DNA of 64,000 nt, from positions 27,041,729 to 27,105,728 of the forward strand of contig JAHRHZ010000043.1 in NCBI GenBank assembly GCA_024137785.1. The letters are read 5' to 3'. Positions 13,515 through 25,109 of the stretch are shown piece after piece. Below the pieces are notes generated by a model, which was not told the origin of the DNA, ran no database searches, and saw only the letters and a list, made by a program, of their open reading frames with translations. Both the position numbers and the translations under genes were made by a program. Source of the DNA: Ginglymostoma cirratum. Lineage: Eukaryota. The first letter of the stretch is position 1, and the number at the start of each line of letters is the position of its first letter.

Positions 13515-16500
13515 TGGATGGAGTGCTGGCTGCAAAGAGTAAGCAGCTGAGAGTTGCGGTAAGTATGAGAGTTTCAGGAAGTCAGGGAGGGGGGCCTTGC
13601 TGTGTCTTGTTGTCCTTGCCCTAATTCCACAGGTCCACTGGGGACAGAAGCAGACCCGATATTACATTCAGAAAATGAGTGAGACCAATGCGAGCGGTTG
13701 ATTAGCAATTAAGCTCTGGCGGATATTTCCAAACTGTTATTTTGTAAGTCTTTGTTTAAGTAAGGGTATGGACTTATTTGGTTCATTTATATATTTTTAT
13801 CAAAGTCTTCCAAAGTTTTTAATCTTTAAAGGATTCAGTCAAAAAAAGCTGGTTGTTAATGAGGCGAAGGTAGCAGGCAGTGCAGTGGTATACTCCTCCT
13901 GTCAGATTTGGAAGATTAAGGAGCAGTCGAGTGTCCCTCGTGATTACATCTACAGGAAGTGTGTCTGGCTGGAGCTTCTCTCAGACTACATGGATCAATT
14001 GGAATGGCAGCTGGGTGCACTGAGGAGCAAAGATTGTGATAGATAGTAGCTTTAGGGAGATGGTCACACCGCAGATTCGGTCAAGTTGATAGGTGACCAC
14101 CAGGAGAGGTAGGCAGGTAGTGCAGGAGTGTCCTGTGGCTATCCCCCTCTCAAACAAGTATACCAGTTTGGAGATAGTAGGAACTGCAGATACTGGAGAA
14201 TCTGAGATAACAAGGTGTAGAGCTGGATGAACACAGCAGGGATTCTGTTTTGGTTGTTATTGCTAACCTCATCCCGCCCCCTTGACCTGTCTGTCCTCCC
14301 TGGACTGACCTATCTCCTCCCTAACTCCCCACCTACACTCACCTTTACTGGCTCCATCCCCACCTCTTTGACCTGTCTGTCTCCTCTCCACCTATCTTCT
14401 CCTCTATCCATCTTCTATTCGCCTCCCCCTCTCTCCCTATTTATTTCAGAACCCCCTTCCCCTCCCCCATTTCTGAAAAAGGGTCTAGGCCTGAAACGTC
14501 AGCCTTCCTCCTGCTCTGATGCTGTGTTCATCCAGCTCTACACCTTGTTATACCAGTTTGGATACTGTTTTGGGGGAGGGCCTCTCAGGGAAAATTATCC
14601 TTAGCAGCCAGATCTGTAGCATCATGACTGGCTCTGTTGTAAATCAGGTTATGGCAAAGTCCAAGCAAATGTGCTATTGGACCCTGTGGGCATTTCAGTG
14701 GCTGTGAGTGAGACTCCAGGATGGTGTGTTGCCTCCTTGGTGCCAGGGGTCAAGAACAGCATAGAGCAGTTGCAACAAATTCTCAGAGGGGAGTACGAGC
14801 AGCCAGAGGTCATTGTACACATTGGTATCAATGACACAGGTAGAAAAAGAGATGAGGTCCTGCAGAGTGAATATAGGGAGTTGGCAGGACATTAAAAATC
14901 AGGACTTAAGGACAGTAATCTCTGTATTACTCCCAGTGCCATGTGCTAGTGAAACTAGGAATAGGAAGACAAAGCATAATGAATGTGTGGCTGAGGATCT
15001 GGTGCAGGGGGCAGGGATTCAGATTTTTGGATCATAGGGATCTCTCCTAGGAGCTGAGGTGACCTGTACAAGAGGGATGAGTTGCACCTGAACTGCAAGG
15101 AGACCAATATCCTGGCAGGGAGATTTACTAGAGCTACTTGGGAAGATTGAAACTAGTCTGGCAGGGGGTTGGGACCCTAAGCAGTAGTGACACAAGAGAG
15201 AACATTGAGGCTGGTACAGAAGTTAAAGAGAGCAAGTTAAATAAACAAGGCAGGCAAGAGCATGATGGGGAACGAGGAAAGACTGAAGAATTAAACTGCA
15301 TTTATTTCAATGCAAGAGGCCTGACAGGTAAGGCAGATGAACTCAGGGTATGGATGGGTATATGGGATTGAGATAGCTATTACAGAAACATGGCTGAGGG
15401 AGGAACAAGACTGGCAACTCAATGTTCTGGGGAAATAGATGCATTGGGAAGGACAGAAGGGGAGGCAGAGAGGAAGGGAAGTGGTGTTTTTGATTAGGAA
15501 AAACATCTTGGCAGTACACAGAGAGGATATTCCTGAAGGATGCTCCCGTGAAGCTATATGGGTGGAACTGAGAAATAAGAAGGGGTGATCACTTTGATGG
15601 GATTATACTACAGCACCATTCCCCCCCAATAGTCAGGGGGAAATTGAGGAGCAAATATGTAGGGAGATCACAGATAACTGTAAGAATAATAGGTTTGTAA
15701 TAGTAAGGGATTTTAACTTCCCAAACGTAGACTGGGACTACCATAGTGTTAAGGGCTTGGATGGGGAGAATTTGTTAAGTGCATTCAGGAAAAATTTCTC
15801 AATCAATATGTAGGTGGCCCTACTAGAGAAGGGGCAAAACTCAGCCCCCACTTGGGAAATAAGGCAGGGCAGGTGACTGAGGTGTTAGAGGGGGAGCACT
15901 TTGGGACCAGTGACCATAATTCCATTAGTTTTAAAATACTTATGGAAAAGGATAGGCCTGGTCCACAAGATAAAGTTCTAAATTGCGGTAAGGCCAGTTT
16001 GGATGGTATTAGACAGGAACTTTCAAAAGTCGACTGGGGGAGGAACATCTGGAAAGTGGGAGGATTTCAAAAGGAGATAAGGAGAGTTCAGGGTCAGCAA
16101 GGTTTCTGTTAGTGTGAAGGGCAAGGCTGGCAGGAGTAGAGAACACTGAAGACTAGAGATATTGAGGTTCTGATCAAGAAAAAGAAGGAGGCATATGTCA
16201 GGTGTAGGCAGCTAGGATCAAGTGAGTCCCTTGAGGAGGATGGGGGTATAGGAGAACATTTAAGAGGGAAATCAGGAAGGCAAAAGGGGGACATGGATAG
16301 CTTTAGCAGATAAGTTAAAAGGAGAATCTAAAGAGATTCTACAAGTATACTAAGGGCAAAAGAGTAACTGGGAAGAGAACAGCATCCCTTAAAGATCTAT
16401 AAGGTCATCTATGTGTGGAGCCATAGGAGGTGGCTGAGATCCTAAACATATATTTTTTGTCAGTATTTAGCTTGGAGAAAGAAGTAGAAGCTAGGGAACT

Positions 16501-17745
16501 CAGGGAAGTAAATAGTGACGTCTCGAAAAGAGTCCACATTACAGAAGAGGAAGTGCTAGAGGTCTTAAAATGCATAAATTTAGATAAATCCCCAGGACCT
16601 GATCAAGTGTATCCCAGGAGTTGTGGGAGGCTAGGGAAGACTGAGGTATGGTTAATGTTGTGTCATTATTTAAGAAAGGCTGTAAGGAAAAGCCAGAGAA
16701 CTACAGACCGGTGATCCTGACTTCAGTGGTTGGTAATTTGTTGGAGAGTATTCTGAGAGACGGGCATTATAAACATTTAGAAAGGCAAGGATTGATTAGG
16801 GATAGTCAGCATGGCTTTGTATGTGGAAAATTGTGTTCCATAAATTTGATTGCGTTTTTTGAAGAGGTGACCAAGTAGATAGATGATGGTAGAATGGTGG
16901 AGGTTGTCTACATGGAATTTAGTAAGACCTTCAACAAGGTTCCACATGGTAAATTGTTTGGTAAGGCTAGATTACACAGGTACCAGAGAGAACTAGCCAA
17001 TTGGATGCAAAATTGGCTTGATAGAGGTTGTGGTAGAGCATTGTTGTTCAGGCTGCAAGTCTGTGACTAGCAGTGTTCTGCAAGGGTCAGTGATGGGTCC
17101 ACTGTTTTCATCATTCATATAAACAATTTGGATGTGAATATAGGAGATATGGTTGTTACGTTTGTGGATGACACCAAAATTGGTGCTGTAATGGACAGTG
17201 AAGGAGGTTTTCTAAGAGTACAGTGGGATCTTGATCAATAGGGTTAAGGAGAATCCAAAGGGATTTTATAAATACATTAGGGACAAAAAGGTAACTAGGG
17301 AGAGAGTAAGGACCCTTAAAGATCAGCAAGGCCACCTATGAAACCGCAGGAGATGGAGCAGATACTAAACGAGCATTTTGCATCAGTGTTTACTGTGGAG
17401 AAGGATATGGAAGAAATGGAATGTGGGGAAATAAATAGAAAACATCTTGAAAAATATCCATATTACAGAGGAGGAGGTGCTGAACGTCTTAAAAGGAAAT
17501 TGAGGGGTAACTTTTCCACAGAGGGTGGTGTATGTATGGAACAAGCTCCCAGAGGAAGTGGTGGGGGTGGGTGGTGGTTTGAATTACAACATTTAAAAGA
17601 TATTTGGAGAGGTACATGGGTAGGAAAGGTTTAGAAGGATGTGGGCCAAACACAGACAAATTGGACTAGTTCAGTTTAGGAAACTTGGTCGGCATGGATG
17701 AGTTGGACCAAAGGGCCTGTCTCCATGCTGCATGACTCTGAGTCT
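13515..17745 (+). mobile_element. Near-full-length decayed CR1 LINE (ORF1 zinc finger and esterase, ORF2 APE endonuclease and RT), rearranged near 17240
   Basis: SSCQIW...YRKCVWLELL, VIVHIGINDTG, LNCIYFNARGL, GTSDHNSI, DKSPGPD and NVVSLFKKG...NYRPVILTS; many stops and frameshifts; 3' tail at about 17700-17745. Confidence 0.9.
14173..14548. mobile_element. Fold-back PLE fragment inserted in CR1 ORF1 with 14 bp TSD
   Basis: TATACCAGTTTGGA at 14159-14172 and 14549-14562; perfect 32 bp inverted repeat 14207-14238 / 14520-14551; the uninterrupted homologous site is visible in the CR1 at about 40391-40420. Confidence 0.85.
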
Positions 17746-17974
17746 AATACAATTGCTAAAAGGTCTTTCTCAGTCTCTGCATTTCTCATCTGTACAGCTG
17801 CCAACACCCATGATGAAAACAAGACTGGTTGTCTATTCTGCATCAATGCTGCTGGTTGTGCTGCTTTTCAATTCCATATCCCCTCTGCTGTAAGAGCCAC
17901 AGAATCAGAGCTTAGTCATTACTGAGCTCATCTTACTCAGTTCTACATGAGGACTCTTAGTCAATTAAAGCTTA

Positions 17975-18096
17975 CCATATAATTCCATATATTTATATGA
18001 ATTTTTATTACTGAGTTCACAAGTACTGCTTCTGAGTTCTTATAATGCTTTGTGAACTCAGAATAAAAATTCATTAAATTATATGGAATTATACGG
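17975..18096. mobile_element. Palindromic MITE-like element with TA flanks (Tc1/mariner-pogo type)
   Basis: ~48 bp inverted arms CCATATAATTCCATATA...CTGAGTTCACAA / TTGTGAACTCAG...TATATGGAATTATACGG; TA at 17973-74 and 18097-98. Confidence 0.65.
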
Positions 18097-20761
18097 TATG
18101 ATCCCTTGCTTTATGTTCCAATCTGACCACTACAAACCAGTGCTCTAATTGTGCCAATTCTGCTGCTGATATCTACACTCCATGAATCCTAACACTTAAA
18201 AAGATAAGCAATGCAGACGTCAGAAAACATGGAAGCAAAACTATTAGTTTCCTTCTTTCCTAAATGGTTTTGTTAGCATTACTAAATAATTAACTAAAGC
18301 TTTTAAATCACTTTATTACTATAAAGTGACTAAATAACATGTTCCAGACTCTCATAACATGGATGAGAAATCTTCATCTTCCAACAGCTCCATGACTAAG
18401 TATGCCTACTCAGCAGAACTAAAAGCTGTTTCAAGTCATGCATCAAACAAAGTAAGTACATTAAGATCCATAGGTAAGATGAACTCACATTTCGACACTG
18501 TTCCAAATCCTAATTGAAGTGCATTGTCATGTAGAGGACTATTTAAGGACTAGCACGCTGGTAATTTTTTTTTGAGCCGTTGCAGCCTCGATTCCAGCAG
18601 AATCTTTCTGAATCAAATCGCTGACTGATTTTGTTAAAGGTATTTACTCAAATATTGAATAAAAGTAGAATAACAAACGAATGCTGGAAATCTTGAAACC
18701 AAAACGCAAAAATGCTGATAATGATGAAATATCATTGACATGTTCTTTACTTTTCTACACAGAACTGCTGAGAATTTCCCGAGTTTGTTTTGTTTTTGTT
18801 TTATTTCTGATTTTGAAAAAGCAGCTATTTAATTTATCCAAAACTGTTGCAATTTAGGATCCACAGCAGGTGATGGTGTTCCCTTCATGTATCTGCTGCT
18901 TCTAGGTACTCAAGGCTGGATGGTCTTATAACTGAGGAAGAGTGCTGTTGAAGAGAATGTGTGGCATGTTGCAGGTTGGGACTATTGTTCCCCAAATCTC
19001 ATATGGCCATTCTGGATGCTGAGAATGGTGACAATGTTTGGTCTCACGTTTGTGTCAACATGTAGCTTCATCTTCAGTCAGTGGCAATGGTTCATCCTGT
19101 TACTTGATAATCTTGTTTAAATCTTTAAAACCAAAGAAGATTCAATAGTCTATTCCTCTCAGGTAACTGATTCATTGGGTCCAACCTCATTACAGGAGCA
19201 ATGATCAAACTATGCAGCATTTCCTTTACCACATCTCCTAAAACCACTCATAAATAATATGAAACATATTGGATTGGATCAAGTCTGATTTGCTATTCTC
19301 CTTACACTTGTCCTAACTCATCTTTAAACATCAATATTAAGCTGATAGTAAACACTCCTTGGTTAATCATATTCACCTTATTCCAGTTTTTATCCTTAAG
19401 TATAAGGAAGTTTTATGTTCAATTAAGCTTTCTTATCAAGCAAAAGGGCATATTTGTGCTGTCAATGAACTTATACTCCTGTTTACAATTCTAGTCACCA
19501 CATTGGAACAGAATTCATGCCTGTCCTCCAATGGACAGATTTATTTCACCATATGCTATAACAATAGATTAAATTGTTCCATGTTTGCAAGATTAAAATC
19601 TCGTGTTAACTTTTGGTATAGGTGAGGCTCAATCAACTTACATTGTGCACTTGTGACTATTTGAAATCTTACGTATCTTTAATAGAGAAGGGAGTCAGAC
19701 GTTATGGGAGCAGACAGAAAAGTGAAGTTGAGACCACAGCTAGATCAGCTATGGTCTTAATGAATGGCGGAACCAGCTTGACGGGCTGAATGCCCAATTT
19801 CTGCTCCTAATTCATACATCCTATGCTTGGCCTCAGTTTAAATGTAACATACTCCAATCATCTAAATCAAATTACTGAGTCTAGCATTTCAAGGGAGCAG
19901 CTCATCAACATCTTGTCAAGGGCGACTAGGGATGGGCAAAAAATGCTGGCCAGTGATGCCCATAATCCATGAATGAATTTTTTTTCAAAAAAGATGAAAC
20001 ACAATAGAACCTAGAATCTACCAGGAGTGCCAATATAAAATATCCAAGAGAAGAATAGGAATTGAAATAAACAATATTGTAAAGTAACTAAAACAGATCA
20101 TATCGAGACCTAATCTGCTATCACAAGTCCATATTTTCTTTACATTTGCTGTCAGTGAAAACTTTAGAGACAGGAATTTTACTCAACACCAGAAATCTGA
20201 CAAAATCACATTTCTAGAAAACCAGGCCAATTAGTATCTGACAGCAAAATCTTCTAATGTTTCAGGCAGGATCTTTTCATACAACAGTCCTGAAAAAGGT
20301 CAACTTTGATGACCAGCATGGAATCAGACTTTTACAATGCAGGAGGCAGCCATTCAAGAAGTTACAAAGTAGATTGACTTCATGGATGATAGTCTCTGGA
20401 TTGTGTTCTGTGCATCACAGACTGGACACGTTACAGAATTGAACATTAGAAAAATACAACGTGTGGCTGTAGGAATTATGTAGAAGGATTGACAGTGCTT
20501 GCGCTGTTGAACCAATTTTTGGAGCAAGTGAAGGTTATACAGAAGGAACAATATTCACTGAAGTAAAGCTGCATCAAAGTTCTCAAGAGAGAGCAATCAG
20601 GAGAATCTAATACAGCAAGGTCTGGGGTGACCAGGTTTAGAACTAAAGATGTATGATTAATAAAGCTTTTAGAATTAAAAGGTATATCTTAAATAAATTG
20701 TTAAATGGGGTAGGAGAATACTGGTAATCAATCAGTTGTACAGGATGTATATTCACACAAT

Positions 20762-20998
20762 GTTTGCACATTCTCCCATGTCTGCCTGGATTCCCCCCAC
20801 AGCCCAAAGATGTGCAAGTTAGGTGGATTGGCCATGCTAAGTGGCCAATAATGTCTGGGGATGTGCAGTCAGGATGGATTAGCCATGGGAAATGTAGTCT
20901 TAGAGGGGGTGGGTCTGGGTTGGATGATCTTTGAAGGGTCGGTGTGGACTCGATGGGCCAAATGGCCTGCTTCCACACTGTAGGGATTCTATGATTCT
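20762..20998 (+). mobile_element. HE1-like V-SINE, 5' truncated
   Basis: GTTTGCACATTCTCCC...CCAAAGATGTGCA.GTTAGGTGGATTGGCCATGCTAA core plus CR1-type tail GATGGGCCAAATGGCCTGCTTCC...GATTCTATGATTCTA. Confidence 0.8.
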
Positions 20999-21289
20999 AA
21001 CAGAATTGATGTTATTCATGTTAGAGATATTTGTTGTTATTACTTCTGCATTTATTGCCCTAGTTGTCTGTATATGTGCAGACAATTTTTTTTCAATGGC
21101 AATTTAGATGTAAGATGGTCATTTTGCTGCAGACCTTTCCAAAATCTGGACAAAGCTCTCTCTTGTACAACATGTGTTTATGTTTCACATGTGTGAGATT
21201 TTTGGAGTTCTTTGTTATTAACCCAAAGCTTGCCTCTATCGTGCCTTAAGGTTTCCTTTGCTTTAAATATCAGTCTCATTCTGTCCCTT

Positions 21290-21735
21290 CATTCACTGAT
21301 GCCTGTGAGTTGCTCAATTAGTCTTTCAGCCACATGACAAATTTTGACACAGTTTGAAAAGTCCCTCAACAGACCCTTGCTGGAACCTGTATTTCCAAGC
21401 ATGAATCAGTCTCTGAGCATCTCTTCTGGTGTTATAACATGGAGCTTGTACGTTTCAGCTTGTTTTTGCAGTGCTGGATGGTACTGGTGTTCTGTTTCAC
21501 TTGGTTCCAGCTTTCTTCTGTTGAAGCCATCTCTCCCAAGGCCCAATCTGTCCACATGGAGTGGACCTTACACACTTCTCCCCCATCACTGAAAGAATTG
21601 GCTGCACTGTACTCGTTACACGCTCTGTTGTACAGGGGATGTGTTTTCAGGCCCACTTGAATCTCGTCCACATCAACACAATATTCATGTCAAAGATTTC
21701 AAAAGCCTGAGGTGGTGGTAGAGCACTTCCTTTCA
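21290..21735 (-). mobile_element. Ty3/Gypsy-like gag relic
   Basis: Minus-strand hand translation LPPPQAFEIFDMNIVLMWTRFK ... EEMLRD*FMLG...GLLRD...VKICHVAE resembles the Gypsy gag motif (EMLRDRLVxG...LLRE...AIxICRAAE). Confidence 0.45.
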
Positions 21736-23361
21736 GCTCAACATTGCAGCTTCTGTGTGACTTTAGAAGCTTTTACTATAGCGTTGCAAGCTCCAGGTCT
21801 CTTGCTACTTTATCAGATCATGTTCCCCAGGGGAGAGAGCCAGAAAATAAAAACAAAACCTGGAAAAGCACGTGACAGATCCCACAATTCTGATTCAGAT
21901 ACTGCTTTGTTGTGTTTAGTACGCACGTTGCATCACACTGTCAGTCTTGTGATAAGTGACTGACACGTTGGACAACACTATTCTAGTGGACCAGTAGAGA
22001 GTGAGTCAAGTTTGTCAGGGGGCAGACAATTCTGGATAAAGATAGAGGCTGGATGCAAAGCTGTCTCCACTGTTTGAGAATTGAATATTAAGGTTGGATT
22101 CTCACACAAAGCAACTCTCAACAGCTTTCTAATTCAAATTTTTAATAACATGTATCGATAATTTATGAGATGTTTTACAACAAGTGATCATCCGAAATTA
22201 TCACACAATAACACAAAATGCAGCGGGTAAACAATTGGCTTGCACAAATGACTGAACAGAAACCCTCGACAAATGTACTTCACTTTATCTCAAGGAGAAT
22301 GCCGTTGCTATCCCTTGTCAGTGTGCATGACCAAGGTTAGGTGAGACAGTTCTTGACATTCCTGAACAAAATACTGATCTCAGTGTCAAATAATCTGCCT
22401 TCCTTTTACTCTCTAGCCCAAGGGAAATTAGTGAATCGCTATTTATGTGAAATTGCTTTATATGCATGACTAATTCCAAAACTACTGCAGCTCTCATAAT
22501 TTATTGAATATCTTGTTTACTCCAATCTTTGTGGAGCAGATGAATAATGCATCTTAGTGTTTGTTTCCCTCCCATATCTCTCTAAAGTTGCTGATGTTTA
22601 ATCAGCAACAGTTGCACAGCCACACCTCTTTGGTTCCTAAACCAAGAGACAATTCTTCATATGTCAATCTCAGTAGTAAGAGTCTGTTCTTCTTTGGGAG
22701 TATCACCCAATTGTTTCCTCACCCATCTCCAACACTTTGTTTTTCAGCATGGATGGCTGCACTGTGGGTAAGAGTAGGAACCACAGCTGACGTCTGTTCA
22801 CTCTGATCTAAGAGGGAAGGCTGATTGGAGTGGCTCCCTCACCAAGAGCCCGAGGTAGAATCTGGGAGTTCATTGGTCTGTTTAGTTCTGTCTTAGACTT
22901 GATGTGCCTTTAACAAATGAGCACCCAGGATCTCTCAGAAAAGAAATCGCTTGCAACTGCATGATCTATTTTAACCCTCTTCCTGTAAAACCTTTCATGT
23001 GATTAAAGTGAAGAGAAATAATTGCTCAAATATGTCTCTCCTCTGGAGGGGTTTACTTGACATCTGTTAGTGCTGCTGTTGTGATTTCTGTTGTTTCTCT
23101 TTGTAAGGGTTCGGGCGATGCAGGAGCACTGCATTCATGTCAAGAGCTCTTCTTTAGAAAGTTGCAGTACTTGAGTTAATATGTTTTTCCAAGTGTCATT
23201 TTGGTTCAATGGAAAATACTCACTTCTTGAGGTGGGAATGTTTTAAGCCTTACTGTTTAACTCTTCCTTCAGTTATCTCCCTTAATATTGCTTTATTGCA
23301 AATTGCTTCTGTCTCAAACAGCTTGAGACACTTATTGAAATTCAACTGTTCTATCAAGTGA

Positions 23362-23459
23362 TTTTCTGAAGAAGGGTCCTGACCCGAAAAGTCAGCTTTC
23401 CTGCTGCTCTGATGCTGCCTGGCCTGCTGTGTTCCTCCAGCTCCACACTGTGTTATCTG
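23362..23459 (+). mobile_element. Short PLE pseudo-LTR fragment starting at the hammerhead-like core
   Basis: CTGAAGAAGGGTCCTGACCCGAAAAGTC (23366-23393) followed by the family tail. Confidence 0.7.
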
Positions 23460-25109
23460 TAAAGAGATCACTGTTTAACCCACAGAAGTATCAAAAGACG
23501 ATATACTAGGAGAAGCAATGATAAACTAGCGAGAGACAAAAAAGATTATTATTGACAGCAGTCGGTGGTTGGTAGAGAGGGAAGGATAGCCTACTGGACT
23601 CAGGTTCCATTGTATCCAACCCTAGAATATGGATGAGCAATAGAAGAGCAATATTCAAGTCTTGGTCAGATTTTGACTCAGTAGACCACTGACAGTTTGT
23701 TAAGCCTTATATTTTCAGGCAGTGTGTTGAACATTCATGTAATTTAAAATTCTGTATTAGTTATAGCTAAATAGCAGATAGCTGCAGGTATTGCTGAGAA
23801 TCATGGCTGAGTAATGATTTTGCAGAGACTTATTGTAAAGGGTACCAAAATCTGACTGAGTGCTGATTCACTTTGGAAGAACTATAATTCAAAGTGACTT
23901 TTATCGCAAATTTGCCACAACTCAATCCAACTTTTTGCATATTGGGAGTTCGAACTTCATGGTATGCATAATATCAACCTGGATAGTTATACAACGTGGG
24001 GTCTTTCAACTAAAGCCCATTAAATAATTTAGTAGTCTTATGAAGGTCAATTTTGGTATCATTGTCACCCGTTTCTCTTCAGGAACAGAGTAATAGAGAG
24101 ACCAACAAAAATGATGAAAAAAGACTTAACATTATATAAAGCCTAGCAGAAATTTCCTCAGAGCTGCTCCTATTTCCATGACCATAAGTTTACCAGATAC
24201 TGTGTTGGAAACTTTGTTTATGTGCTTAGATTGGTTTATGCCTCGTCTAGGATGCGGCTATTTCTGAGGAGGTTCCTGGATATCTCTAAAGGCTAATAAG
24301 ACAAATCTGCAATCTTTAATTTTTTTTAAAATTAAAAATTAGTTTACGTTGATTATATTTAGTGCCCAGTGGATTTAATATGCCTTCTCAGGGAAACAAT
24401 GCAACATCAACCAGTATTGGAATTGTTAAGAAAAAAAATGAAATCCATTTTCTTCTTTTAATAGGTAATGCATCATGCATTAGAGGTGTTATGTTGAAAT
24501 TCTTCTGGGACGATCTATGTCTGAAGAATAAGATTCAAGAGCCTGAATGTTGCTGTTTGTCATGCAAAGAATAGTCAGTAATTATTGTTTATAAAGTCAT
24601 TGAGTTTACAATTATCTAATGACTCCTAGTAAGCCCATGAACTATGAATGCCAGCTGTTCCAATCTTTGATGTACTGTGAATATATAAAACAGCCAACCT
24701 TAAATTGGATTTTCAAGAGCCAGGGTTATGTGGAGTCATTTAACAACTGTAAATTAACTTTAAAGGAGTGTCCTTGAATCTGAACACCATATAAAGCTGT
24801 AGGTTTTTAAACCATTTTCTACCTTTCCCTCTTGAGGGTGCTGACTCTTGGGATATGTTTATACGCAGGCATCAGCCACCTCTAGAAACGTGCCCAAGTC
24901 GCTCTTCTTCATGGATTATGCTAGATGGGAGAGTTATTCAGCTGTGAAGGGCATCACATCCAAAAGTTATCTAGTTATCACATTTATTCATATACATGTG
25001 GATACATATATATCCCCACACACACACACACACACAGAGCAAAATATTTCCAAACCCACTGATTTCATGCTTAAACTGTTATTTACGGTTTTCCATCTCG
25101 TCATTTGTT

